Below, in pieces: positions 9,594 to 17,630 of a stretch of 34,231 nucleotides of DNA (position 1 is its first letter; each line of letters starts with the position of its first letter). The notes beneath the pieces were generated by a model. The model saw nothing but the letters and a program-made list of their open reading frames with translations, was not told where the DNA came from and ran no database searches. The stretch lies in the NCBI GenBank assembly GCA_031372065.1, contig JANMKN010000135.1:1-34231 (forward strand), written 5' to 3'. Source of the stretch: Abditibacteriaceae bacterium. Its GTDB lineage: Bacteria; Armatimonadota; Abditibacteriia; Abditibacteriales; Abditibacteriaceae. The translations under genes were made by a program, and so were the position numbers.

Positions 9594-9701
9594 TGCTGGC
9601 CGCACCTCTTGAAAAAGCTCATCAAACTCTGGCACCCGCAATCCTGTCATGGACTGAAAGACGCGCGGATAGCGACTTAACATCTGGTAGCGCAAAATCA
9701 T
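9594..9701 (-). pseudogene. IS5-family-like transposase N-terminal fragment
   Basis: MILRYQMLSRYPRVFQSMTGLRVPEFDELF resembles the FxxxTGLxxxEFxxL N-terminus of IS5-group DDE transposases. Similarity ends after about 36 codons. Confidence 0.6.
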
Positions 9702-9747
9702 CGCTCTTAAGCTTGACTCCAATTCAGATTATTGAGAATATTAATTA

Positions 9748-9915
9748 TTGATTAAGGTAGCGCAGATCTTTTACAATCATCTGGCGGGTGTCCTTCGGGC
9801 AATGACCAGCACTTTAAGTAATGCCGGAGCCGAAAGGCTAAACGGCAAAATTCAACTGCTTAAATCAATCGCCAGAGGCTGTCGAAAGTTTGAAACCCTT
9901 TGCAGCGCAATCCTG
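9748..9915 (+). pseudogene. ISL3-family transposase C-terminal fragment
   Basis: LSNAGAERLNGKIQLLKSIARGCRKFETLCSAIL matches the ISL3 C-terminal motif (T/S)NAxxEGxNxKIxxxKxxARG(F/Y)RNFxNF. Confidence 0.75.
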
Positions 9916-10175
9916 CCAACCCAGCGCGCACGGTGAGTCTTACAATGGGCCATATCGTTGACAAATACAAAGGCGGCGATGATTCGCCGCAGAATTTGCG
10001 TGCTGTCTGCACAAACTGCAACGAAGGCTTACAAAATACGGTGCTACCCAAACCAGATCGTGTTCATTTACTTTCTCAGATTCGTCGTGCTACGCTTGAC
10101 GATCAAAGCGCTGTATTAAATTGGCTGCTTCAAAAATTTAACCTCGAAGCTACTCAGAAACCAAAAGTTAAGTAA
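9900..10175 (+). pseudogene. HNH endonuclease, 5'-truncated
   Basis: LTMGHIVDKYKGGDDSPQNLRAVCTNCNEG is an HNH core with the second CxxC. The first CxxC and a credible start are missing, and the 5' end abuts the ISL3 fragment. Confidence 0.65.
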
Positions 10176-10217
10176 TCATTCAGAAATAGGGGATTTTGAT
10201 TAGGGATAGCAAATTTC

Positions 10218-10343
10218 AAAATTATCGAACTGACACCTGACCAACGCCGCGAATTACAACAAGGTAATCACCATGGATCAAGCTCGGCTTTGTAGCGACG
10301 CTGCCACATTATCTTGCTCAAAAGCCAAAAGCGTTCATCGCTT
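10218..10343 (+). pseudogene. IS630-family transposase N-terminal (HTH) fragment with internal stop
   Basis: Manual translation KIIELTPDQRRELQQGNHHGSSSAL*RRCHIILLKSQKRSSL fits the ELTxxQRxxL...RxRCxIILL pattern of IS630 N-termini. In-frame TAG. Confidence 0.65.
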
Positions 10344-10644
10344 CGTTGCTGCCACTTTCAAACCTGTTAAAATAATCCCTACAGAGCGTAGTCTGAGCGC
10401 TTAAATTTAAGGCGTCGAGAGCGCTTGCTTATCCAAACACGCGGTCAAATCACACGGAAAAACGGAAATTGCGGCTCATTTTTCGACTCCATGAATCGCA
10501 CTTAAGAGGTCGGGCTGCGAATTCCTGCATCTCCACTAATTTGCGATTTTGTCAGTGAATTTAAATTGATTTTTTACAAGCGTGGTCGCTATCAAGCACC
10601 GCGCTTTTGTGTTTGAGTTTCGCTGGATTTTCACCAGCTATTAT

Positions 10645-12033
10645 ATGCCTGAGACTCTTCAACCTCTTCCCCCGACAGGCGAAATCGTCGCCCGATTGGT
10701 GTTCGTTTTTGCCCTTGTGCTGATCAATGGGTTTTTTGTAGCTTCTGAATTTTCCCTCGTTTCGGTGCGCCGCACGCGCATTGACCAATTGGCGGTTGAA
10801 GGAAATTCCTCGGCTCTTGCCTTGCAAGCCGCCTTGCTGCGTATTGATAAATATATTGCAGCTGTGCAGGTTGGCGTTACGGTGGCCTCCTTGGTTTTAG
10901 GCGGCTTAGGTGAACAAACGCTGGAGCCTTTATTTCATCACCTATTGAGTGGCTTTATGCCGCCGGCTGTTATTGGCGTTTCGCGCGTGGTGGTTGCGAC
11001 GCTTTTAGCTTACTTTGTGATGACAGTTTTTCACGTTGTCATCGGTGAATTGCTGCCTAAAGCTATCACGTTACAAAAGGCCGAAGCTGTTGCCTTGTTC
11101 ACCGTGAAGCCGATGTCGTGGTTTGTGCGGGGCGCGACTCCCGTAGTTTGGCTATTGAATGGTCTGGGCGGCTTGCTTTTGAAGGCTTTTGGCTTACAAA
11201 AGATGGAAGGCCATGCGCAGGTTCATTCGCCGGAAGAATTGGACTTGCTGTTCGCACAATCGCATGATGCGGGCGAATTGACCAAAACCGAATTCGACAT
11301 TTTGCATCGTGTAGTGCGGTTTTCGGATTTGACAGCGCGCGAAATTATGGTGCCGCGCGTTGAAATGAAGGCGCTGCCCTTGACCATGACCCGTAGCGAA
11401 CTATCGGGTTATATCGGGGGCGAGCCACACACGCGTGTGCCCGTATTTCACGGTTCAATGGACGAAATCGTCGGCATTGCGCATCTGAAGGACTTGTTGA
11501 AATATGTCGGCGCCTCCCCACAACATGAGAGTGGCGAGCGTGTGAATCTCATGCCCATCGTGCGCGATGCGCCGCGCGTGCCAGAAACAATTACGATTGA
11601 TCGCCTTTTAGTTGATTTCAAAAAGCAGCGTCAACAAATGGCGATTGTGATTGATGAATTCGGCGGCACGTCCGGTATTGTAACGATGGGCGATTTGCTT
11701 GAACAGGCCTTTGGCGATGTGCATGATGAGTTCGACGATCCCAAGCCTGAAATTCAAAAACTGCCCGATGGAAAATTTTTGCTGCATGGCCGCTTATTAA
11801 TCGAAGAAGTCAACGAACGCTTTGGCACCGGTTTCCCCACGGACGAAGCTGATCGCATTGCGGGCTTGATCCAGGATAGATTGGGCCGCGCGGCTATTGA
11901 AGGCGATGAGGTTGTTATAGGCCAAACCAAACTTCGCGTTGAAAAAGTGGAGCAGCGGCGCATTGTGACGATTAAAATGGAGTTACCAGCGCCAGAAAAT
12001 GAGGACATTTCGGCAGAGGATGTCCAAGGATAA
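10645..12033 (+). CDS. Hemolysin-family CNNM(DUF21)-CBS-CorC membrane protein (putative Mg2+/Co2+ efflux)
   Basis: LINGFFVASEFSLVSVRRTRI, VQVGVTVASLVLG, HVVIGELLPK, AREIMVPR, MAIVIDEFGGTSGIVTMGDLLE and a C-terminal CorC domain. ATG at 10645 preferred over GTG at 10582. Confidence 0.93.
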   Translation: MPETLQPLPPTGEIVARLVFVFALVLINGFFVASEFSLVSVRRTRIDQLAVEGNSSALALQAALLRIDKYIAAVQVGVTVASLVLGGLGEQTLEPLFHHLLSGFMPPAVIGVSRVVVATLLAYFVMTVFHVVIGELLPKAITLQKAEAVALFTVKPMSWFVRGATPVVWLLNGLGGLLLKAFGLQKMEGHAQVHSPEELDLLFAQSHDAGELTKTEFDILHRVVRFSDLTAREIMVPRVEMKALPLTMTRSELSGYIGGEPHTRVPVFHGSMDEIVGIAHLKDLLKYVGASPQHESGERVNLMPIVRDAPRVPETITIDRLLVDFKKQRQQMAIVIDEFGGTSGIVTMGDLLEQAFGDVHDEFDDPKPEIQKLPDGKFLLHGRLLIEEVNERFGTGFPTDEADRIAGLIQDRLGRAAIEGDEVVIGQTKLRVEKVEQRRIVTIKMELPAPENEDISAEDVQG

Positions 12034-12121
12034 TTGGCACTCTTGGCGTGACAATAATCAATTAATACATGGACTCATGTTTTAATTGGTGCAAACTGCC
12101 TTTAAAAAGTCTTAATGGCCC

Positions 12122-12151
12122 TTGCATATTGGCGAAAATATGTGCTATGCT
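12122..12151 (+). promoter_or_regulatory. Putative extended -10 sigma70 promoter of cpaB
   Basis: TTGCAT-N18-TATGCT with a TGn extension (TGCTATGCT), about 145 bp upstream of cpaB. Confidence 0.5.
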
Positions 12152-12206
12152 GAATCAAACGCGGAAGGCGTAATTTGCCGCAGCCATCACCAGGGAACCA
12201 TGCTTG

Positions 12207-12242
12207 TTGTCTGACAGTTGTAATTTGTCTGGCAGTTGTAAT
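12207..12242 (+). repeat. Tandem 18-bp direct repeat (2 copies, 1 mismatch) in the cpaB leader
   Basis: TTGTCTGACAGTTGTAAT followed immediately by TTGTCTGGCAGTTGTAAT. Confidence 0.9.
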
Positions 12243-12294
12243 ATTGATTGCAGGGTAGGAATATGGTCAACCCTCGGAAAGGACAGGTATTGCA

Positions 12295-13473
12295 ATGCGC
12301 CTCAATCGCCTTGCACAAATTGGTCTGATCGTCATTGTTGGTGCAGTGTTGTTGTGGATTGGCTTAAAGGCCTTTGGCCCTAAGAAGTCTAATCTCGCTC
12401 AAAATGACGCCAATACAGCCAATGCAACCAATGCTCCCGGCGTAACTCCGGTGAGCGTTAATTCTCAGCAGTCCGCACAAGGCCGCTCACATGGACGTGG
12501 CTATAAAGCCCGTTTTTACATTCCTGAACGCACTCTCTTGACGCGGGATATGTTTGTGGATGGTTCACTTGACCCCGCTGACGACAACGACAAATTTGTC
12601 ACTGACTTTCTCACCGAAGGTTACAGTTACATCACGGCGAATTCCATTCCTCTGGGGCAACATCTTAAGCGCTCCGATTTATTGGGTTCAATTCGTGAGT
12701 TGGGCGTCTCGGCGGCCGTCCATGATGGCTACCGTGCCCATGTGCTGACACTGGTCAATAAACCGACGCTGCACGACATCGTTTCCATTGGGGACTATGT
12801 AGATGTTGTGGCGACCTTTGATCAAGTCGAAACGCGCGTTTTGGCCGATGGCGTAAGAGTTCTGGCCGTTGATGTTTATGGGCGCGACTACGAAAAGGCT
12901 TCTGTCGCCAAGCGCGGCTCGCAAAGTGCCGGACCAAATGCGCCTGCTCATCCAGACCCCAATGCGACTCCGGTTCCGGGACAGCCTCCTGTTCCTGAAG
13001 GTGAACCAGCACCTACTCCCGTGCCCCAAGGCCAGCAGGCACCACCTCCAGTGCGTGAAACCGCGCTCACGCTGGAAGTCAAGCCCGAACAGGCTGCTGC
13101 TATTGCCTTGGCTGCTGCATCGGGGGCCGTTCTGGATTATCTGATTCAGCCGCGGCCTTCCACATTGGCGGCGCCTCAACTCACCGAGGCCCGTGTGACT
13201 AAAGCTATGGTCGCACCCTACGCTTTGGCAAATAAGCGGAGCGGAAGCACGACGAGTAGCAACAATACTCGCACAGTGTCTACGAGTAGTAGTGGAGGCG
13301 GCGGTGGCGGTAGAACGCGCACTCCAATCTGGGAACCTCCTGTGCCTTCCCCCACTGGAATTACGCCAATAGACATAACGGCGATGTCCACACCAAAACC
13401 GAAGACTTATGACATTGTGATTTACCCGGATGGTTTGCCGCCGCGTGTCAACACGGTGCCGATTCCTAAATAA
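12295..13473 (+). CDS. cpaB: Flp pilus assembly protein CpaB/RcpC
   Basis: N-terminal TM, SAF-like region (ARFYIPERTLLTRDM...), RcpC motifs GYRAHVL, GDYVDVVATF, VLADGVRVLAVD, ALTLEVKPEQA. Lies upstream of the secretin gene. Confidence 0.85.
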   Translation: MRLNRLAQIGLIVIVGAVLLWIGLKAFGPKKSNLAQNDANTANATNAPGVTPVSVNSQQSAQGRSHGRGYKARFYIPERTLLTRDMFVDGSLDPADDNDKFVTDFLTEGYSYITANSIPLGQHLKRSDLLGSIRELGVSAAVHDGYRAHVLTLVNKPTLHDIVSIGDYVDVVATFDQVETRVLADGVRVLAVDVYGRDYEKASVAKRGSQSAGPNAPAHPDPNATPVPGQPPVPEGEPAPTPVPQGQQAPPPVRETALTLEVKPEQAAAIALAAASGAVLDYLIQPRPSTLAAPQLTEARVTKAMVAPYALANKRSGSTTSSNNTRTVSTSSSGGGGGGRTRTPIWEPPVPSPTGITPIDITAMSTPKPKTYDIVIYPDGLPPRVNTVPIPK

Positions 13474-13513
13474 AACGATGGCTCTGGTTCTTCATAGAAC
13501 TGGAGCCGCCGTT
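13474..13513 (+). terminator. Hairpin after cpaB followed by a T-rich tract
   Basis: AACGATGGCTCTGGTTCT-TCAT-AGAACTGGAGCCGCCGTT, then GTGTTTGATTTTTCTGTTTTTG. Confidence 0.6.
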
Positions 13514-13607
13514 GTGTTTGATTTTTCTGTTTTGATTTTGCTGCCTTGTGCAGTTCTGTAATTTCTTGCCGTTGAAGTTCCTCGCCGTTTTAGATGCACA
13601 TTAAAAG

Positions 13608-16241
13608 GTGCGAACGATCATGAACAAATCAACCTGTCTGATTCATCGCCAACAACCGGAAACGCTGATTGAATTCGGCGCTTCTGTGCGGCGGTATGTA
13701 TTTGGGCGTCGCTTTCTGTGTGGCCCGGCTGCTGTTTTGGTGGCCCTCACGTTGTCCGCTACGCTATTGCCCGCGCCCTCATGGGGCGCTGAGAGCGAAA
13801 AGAACGCCAAAGTTTCCGCTCCCGTTTTGCCCTTGGGCCAACTGCGTGTCGGCAAATCCATGCAAGTGCCAATGCCCAAAGGCGCAAAATACGAAGTGCA
13901 GGATGGATCGGCACAAGTGCGCATTGAGTCGGGTGATGGTTTTTTGGTCATCACACCTTTGGAAGCTGGCAATGTAGCATTCACCATGAATGGCATGGCC
14001 TATGGCGTCAAAGTCGTCGCTTCGGCGCAGACGGCGCCTGCTCCCACAGCACCAAGTGCAACCACACCAACTGCAACTGCTCCCCTTAACGATCCTGCAT
14101 CGGTGCCCGTCTTGGTGCCCATTGCGCCCGTTCCCACAGGAGCGCCCACAGCAGTCGTGCCAACTGCGCCTGCCACTCCTGCTAATTCTACGCAACCATT
14201 GCCGCCTTTAGATGGCCCTGCGATTACAGCCGCAGGTGTGCCTTCTGGGATGGCTCCTGTTTCGCCACCACAGGTTTCGGCGCCTTTGCCGCCACCGTCG
14301 CGTATGCCAACTCGTCCGGCATTTCCGACCAGCCCCAGTTTGCCGAGCAACATGAAAACTACTGGTGTGCCCATTAAAATCGTCAACGTGACGAAGGGTC
14401 TTGCCAGTCTTTTATCGTTTCCGCGCAATATTTTGTCAGTGTATTTTTCGGATGCCACAGTCATGGATGCCCGTGCGATTAACGCGCGCACTTTGGCCGT
14501 GACCGGAATCGGCATTGGCAAATCCACATTGGCGGTCTTCACGGCAGCTTCTAAAGATGACGCAGTCGGGCAGTTGCATATGTTTCACATTTCGGTGGAG
14601 CCAGTGACCAACTCAATGGCTTCCATGCCCGAAAAAGTTGATCCTCTGTCGGTTGAAACTGCGATTCGCACTGCCATCAACGATCCTCGTATTCAGGTGT
14701 CTGCGTTTCCCACTAATGAAGGCGCTATCGCTGCGAAGTTGACGGGGCGTGTCAATGAAGCCATCGAAGCGAAATCGGCGGAAGAGACAGCGGCATTATA
14801 TGCTTCCAAGGTGATTAACGGCATCGTGGTAGACCCGAAGGCGCCTTCGTATGATCAGGCCTTTGCGCCGCCGGCGGCACCTTTAACGCCTGAGGAAATC
14901 GCACAAAATCAATTACGCACCATTACAGGCAATCAAACAATTGAATTTACGCCTTTGGGCGGCAGTTGGGTGTTGAAGGGCGAAGTGGCTTCACAAGCAG
15001 AAGCGCAACAATTGCTCACCTTAGCCAAAACAGTTAGGGATAACGTGATTCCCATGTTGGTAGTGCGCGGCCCCAATGGTTTTACGCCTGCCGAAGCGCC
15101 AATTTCCTCGCCGGAAGACCGCGAAATGACGCGTCGTCTCCAAGAAGTGACGGGCATTTCCACAATTTATGTCCTGCGCTCTGGAGAAGGTGGCGCGGCC
15201 ATTTATGGCACAGTGCGCAATCGCGCGGAATTTGATCGCGTGCAGCGTTACAAAGTGATCGCTGTTGGTGGTAAGTCGGGCGGTGCAGAAGATTTGGAAA
15301 CCGTGAGTCCGACTCACGGCTATAAATCTCCGGCGAATGTGCAAATCTTCGTGCGTATTGAAGACCCCAGTGAGTCAGCCCTGCGTTTGGTGACAGTTGA
15401 TGCCAATGTGGTGGAAATTTCGCGCTCTGCCCTGAAAAACCTCGGTGTGGAATTCGGCTCGGCGCAGATTTTAAGCGAGACCAACAATGCAGGTGTCAGA
15501 ACACGCACGATTAATCCACAATTTCTGCCGGGCACAATCCAAGCCGGTAATGGCTTTGCTGGCACAGGGGGTTTTGGAATCATTGATTCCTTCCGTGCTC
15601 GTTTGAACGCGCTTTATGAGAATGGCAATGCCAACATTTTGTCGAAGCCGAACGTAACGACATTGGAAGGCACCGAGGCGCAGATCACCATTGGTGGCGC
15701 GCGGCCTATTCCGGAGATTCAATCAAGTGGTGGCGGAAATGGCACGGTGCAGGAAAACATTGTTTTTCGCCGTTTTGGTGTCATTGTGACGATGCGCCCC
15801 ACCTTGCTCTCCGATAATACTATCATTCTGCAAATTCGTGTGGACGTGACTGACCTTAATTCTGAGACAGGCATTACCCGTGGCAACACCTTTATTCCGG
15901 GTGAAACAGTGCGTTCAGTCAATAATGTGTTGGTGCTTAAAGAAGGCGATATTATCGCGCTGGGTGGCTTGATTACCAATGTCAAGCGTCGGCAGACTTC
16001 TAAAGTGCCGATTCTTTCGCAACTTCCCATCATCGGCTCGCTCTTCCAAAGCCGACGCTTTGAGAACAATGAAAGTGAACTTGCCATTTTCCTGACTCCC
16101 AGCATTAAGCGCGTTCCTGTTACTGGCGATGGTTTGGAAGTCGGGGCCATTCATCCCACAGGATGGCCGAAACTGACTGGTATTGATGACAATCAAGGTC
16201 TTAATCTCAATTCAGCCGGACAAGACTCAGGCGGCAAGTAG
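13608..16241 (+). CDS. cpaC: Flp pilus secretin CpaC/RcpA with Pro/Ala/Thr linker and BON-like repeats
   Basis: T2SS-T3SS pilus N-domain (LLSFPRNILSVYFSDATVMDARAIN...VTGIGIGKSTL). C-terminal secretin motifs VDANVVEISRSALKNLGV, ILSKPNVTTLEGTEA, IALGGLI, KVPILSQLPIIGSLFQS, ELAIFLTP. Start uncertain (13608 or 13620). Confidence 0.9.
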   Translation: MRTIMNKSTCLIHRQQPETLIEFGASVRRYVFGRRFLCGPAAVLVALTLSATLLPAPSWGAESEKNAKVSAPVLPLGQLRVGKSMQVPMPKGAKYEVQDGSAQVRIESGDGFLVITPLEAGNVAFTMNGMAYGVKVVASAQTAPAPTAPSATTPTATAPLNDPASVPVLVPIAPVPTGAPTAVVPTAPATPANSTQPLPPLDGPAITAAGVPSGMAPVSPPQVSAPLPPPSRMPTRPAFPTSPSLPSNMKTTGVPIKIVNVTKGLASLLSFPRNILSVYFSDATVMDARAINARTLAVTGIGIGKSTLAVFTAASKDDAVGQLHMFHISVEPVTNSMASMPEKVDPLSVETAIRTAINDPRIQVSAFPTNEGAIAAKLTGRVNEAIEAKSAEETAALYASKVINGIVVDPKAPSYDQAFAPPAAPLTPEEIAQNQLRTITGNQTIEFTPLGGSWVLKGEVASQAEAQQLLTLAKTVRDNVIPMLVVRGPNGFTPAEAPISSPEDREMTRRLQEVTGISTIYVLRSGEGGAAIYGTVRNRAEFDRVQRYKVIAVGGKSGGAEDLETVSPTHGYKSPANVQIFVRIEDPSESALRLVTVDANVVEISRSALKNLGVEFGSAQILSETNNAGVRTRTINPQFLPGTIQAGNGFAGTGGFGIIDSFRARLNALYENGNANILSKPNVTTLEGTEAQITIGGARPIPEIQSSGGGNGTVQENIVFRRFGVIVTMRPTLLSDNTIILQIRVDVTDLNSETGITRGNTFIPGETVRSVNNVLVLKEGDIIALGGLITNVKRRQTSKVPILSQLPIIGSLFQSRRFENNESELAIFLTPSIKRVPVTGDGLEVGAIHPTGWPKLTGIDDNQGLNLNSAGQDSGGK

Positions 16242-16331
16242 TCAGCGCTTTTATCAGAGTTTTGGCTGAGGTGACCGCATAAAGAGCGATAGAAAGTCCC
16301 TTTTGTGGGACTGAACGCTCTGGAAATTATT

Positions 16332-17558
16332 ATGGCGATTTCGGTTTTAGTAGCGGATGCAGCTTCTTCCTCGCGCGAGCAATTGCGTTCGGTATTGGCG
16401 CGTGACAGGGAGTTGGATGTCGTTGGCGACGCTGCCGATGGGCGCGAAGCCGTCGAGATCGCGCGTTCGCTCGGCCCCGATGTCGTTTTGTTGGATGGCT
16501 CCATTCTTGGCTCCAACGGTGTGGCCGTGGTCGAGGGAATTCAACTTGCTTCGCCCGATTCCGCTGTAATTGCTTTGGTGGATGCCGCAGACATTGATTT
16601 GATGCGCAACCTTATGCGCGCCGGAGCACGCGACTGTTTGACGAAACCGGCCATGCCGGAAGACATTATCAACACCATTCGCGGTGTGAACCAGGCTTTA
16701 GTCAAGCAGCGCGCCGTTTTCGGCAACGATTCCAAGGGGCCGCAGGGCAAAGTCATCGCGGTTTATTCGCCGCAAGGCGGTTCGGGCAAGAGCATTTTGT
16801 CCGCTAACTTGGCCGTGGCGATGGCGATACAACTCAACGCCAAGGCAAATCCTAATAGCATTGTGCTGGTAGATTTGAATCTGCAATTTGGCGATTTGGA
16901 TTTGTTATTGAACTTGAACCCGGACAACACTATTGCTGGTCTGGCGCAAAAAGGGCACACCGGATTGGACGCCGAATTGGTGATGCAGTATTTAACTAAA
17001 CACGAAGAAAGCGGCCTGCGCGTTCTGGTGGCGCCTTCGGCTCCGCGTTACGCCGAAAGCATTACCGCTTATACCATCGAACAAGTGATTGATGCCCTGC
17101 GCGAGTCGTTTCAATATGTCATTATTGACACCACTTCGCAATTGCAGGACATTACACTGGCGGCGCTTGATGCCGCGAATACGATTTTGCTTTTGACTTC
17201 GCTGGATTTGTTGGCCTTGCACAAAACGCGCACGGCAATGGAAATGCTGCGCCAACTTTATACGGTTGACAAGATTCAGCCCGTTCTCAATCGTGCGAAC
17301 AGCGATGTTGGCATCACACCTCAAGATGTCGAAGAGGTTTTGGGAATGTCGGTGCAAATACTGATTCCGTCCGATGGCCGCAATGTCGTCAAATCCGTCA
17401 ACGACGGCGTGCCAGTTGTTCTCTCGATGCCGGAAGCGCAAATTTCGCGGCGCATAGAAACTTTGGCTTTGCAGCTTATTGGGCGCGAAACCAGCAGCAA
17501 CACCGCCAATGCCGGCACCTCTGGTGGCGGGTTTTTCAAAAAACTTTTTGGTGCTTAA
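16332..17558 (+). CDS. cpaE: CpaE/TadZ: receiver domain plus MinD/ParA-type ATPase
   Basis: REC domain (PDVVLLD...AGARDCLTKP), P-loop SPQGGSGKS, LVDLNLQFGD, YVIIDT, and a C-terminal amphipathic FFKKLFG membrane-targeting helix. Confidence 0.88.
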   Translation: MAISVLVADAASSSREQLRSVLARDRELDVVGDAADGREAVEIARSLGPDVVLLDGSILGSNGVAVVEGIQLASPDSAVIALVDAADIDLMRNLMRAGARDCLTKPAMPEDIINTIRGVNQALVKQRAVFGNDSKGPQGKVIAVYSPQGGSGKSILSANLAVAMAIQLNAKANPNSIVLVDLNLQFGDLDLLLNLNPDNTIAGLAQKGHTGLDAELVMQYLTKHEESGLRVLVAPSAPRYAESITAYTIEQVIDALRESFQYVIIDTTSQLQDITLAALDAANTILLLTSLDLLALHKTRTAMEMLRQLYTVDKIQPVLNRANSDVGITPQDVEEVLGMSVQILIPSDGRNVVKSVNDGVPVVLSMPEAQISRRIETLALQLIGRETSSNTANAGTSGGGFFKKLFGA

Positions 17559-17576
17559 ACGTTTCACTTTTTAATC

Positions 17577-17620
17577 GGAAACGGCACGCCAGTATTTCTG
17601 CGCTGCCGTTTTTCCTTTTT
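17577..17620 (+). terminator. Rho-independent terminator after cpaE
   Basis: AAACGGCA...TGCCGTTT stem followed by TTCCTTTTT. Confidence 0.6.
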
Positions 17621-17630
17621 GGAGGCCCCT

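Noticed and set aside
9510..9722. 70-aa ORF as a real gene or leader peptide
   Set aside because: It is a transposase fragment reading on by chance through the promoter region of the downstream gene.
12150..12200. Possible c-di-GMP riboswitch upstream of the Tad genes
   Set aside because: A hairpin is present, but I cannot see the conserved class I or class II motifs.
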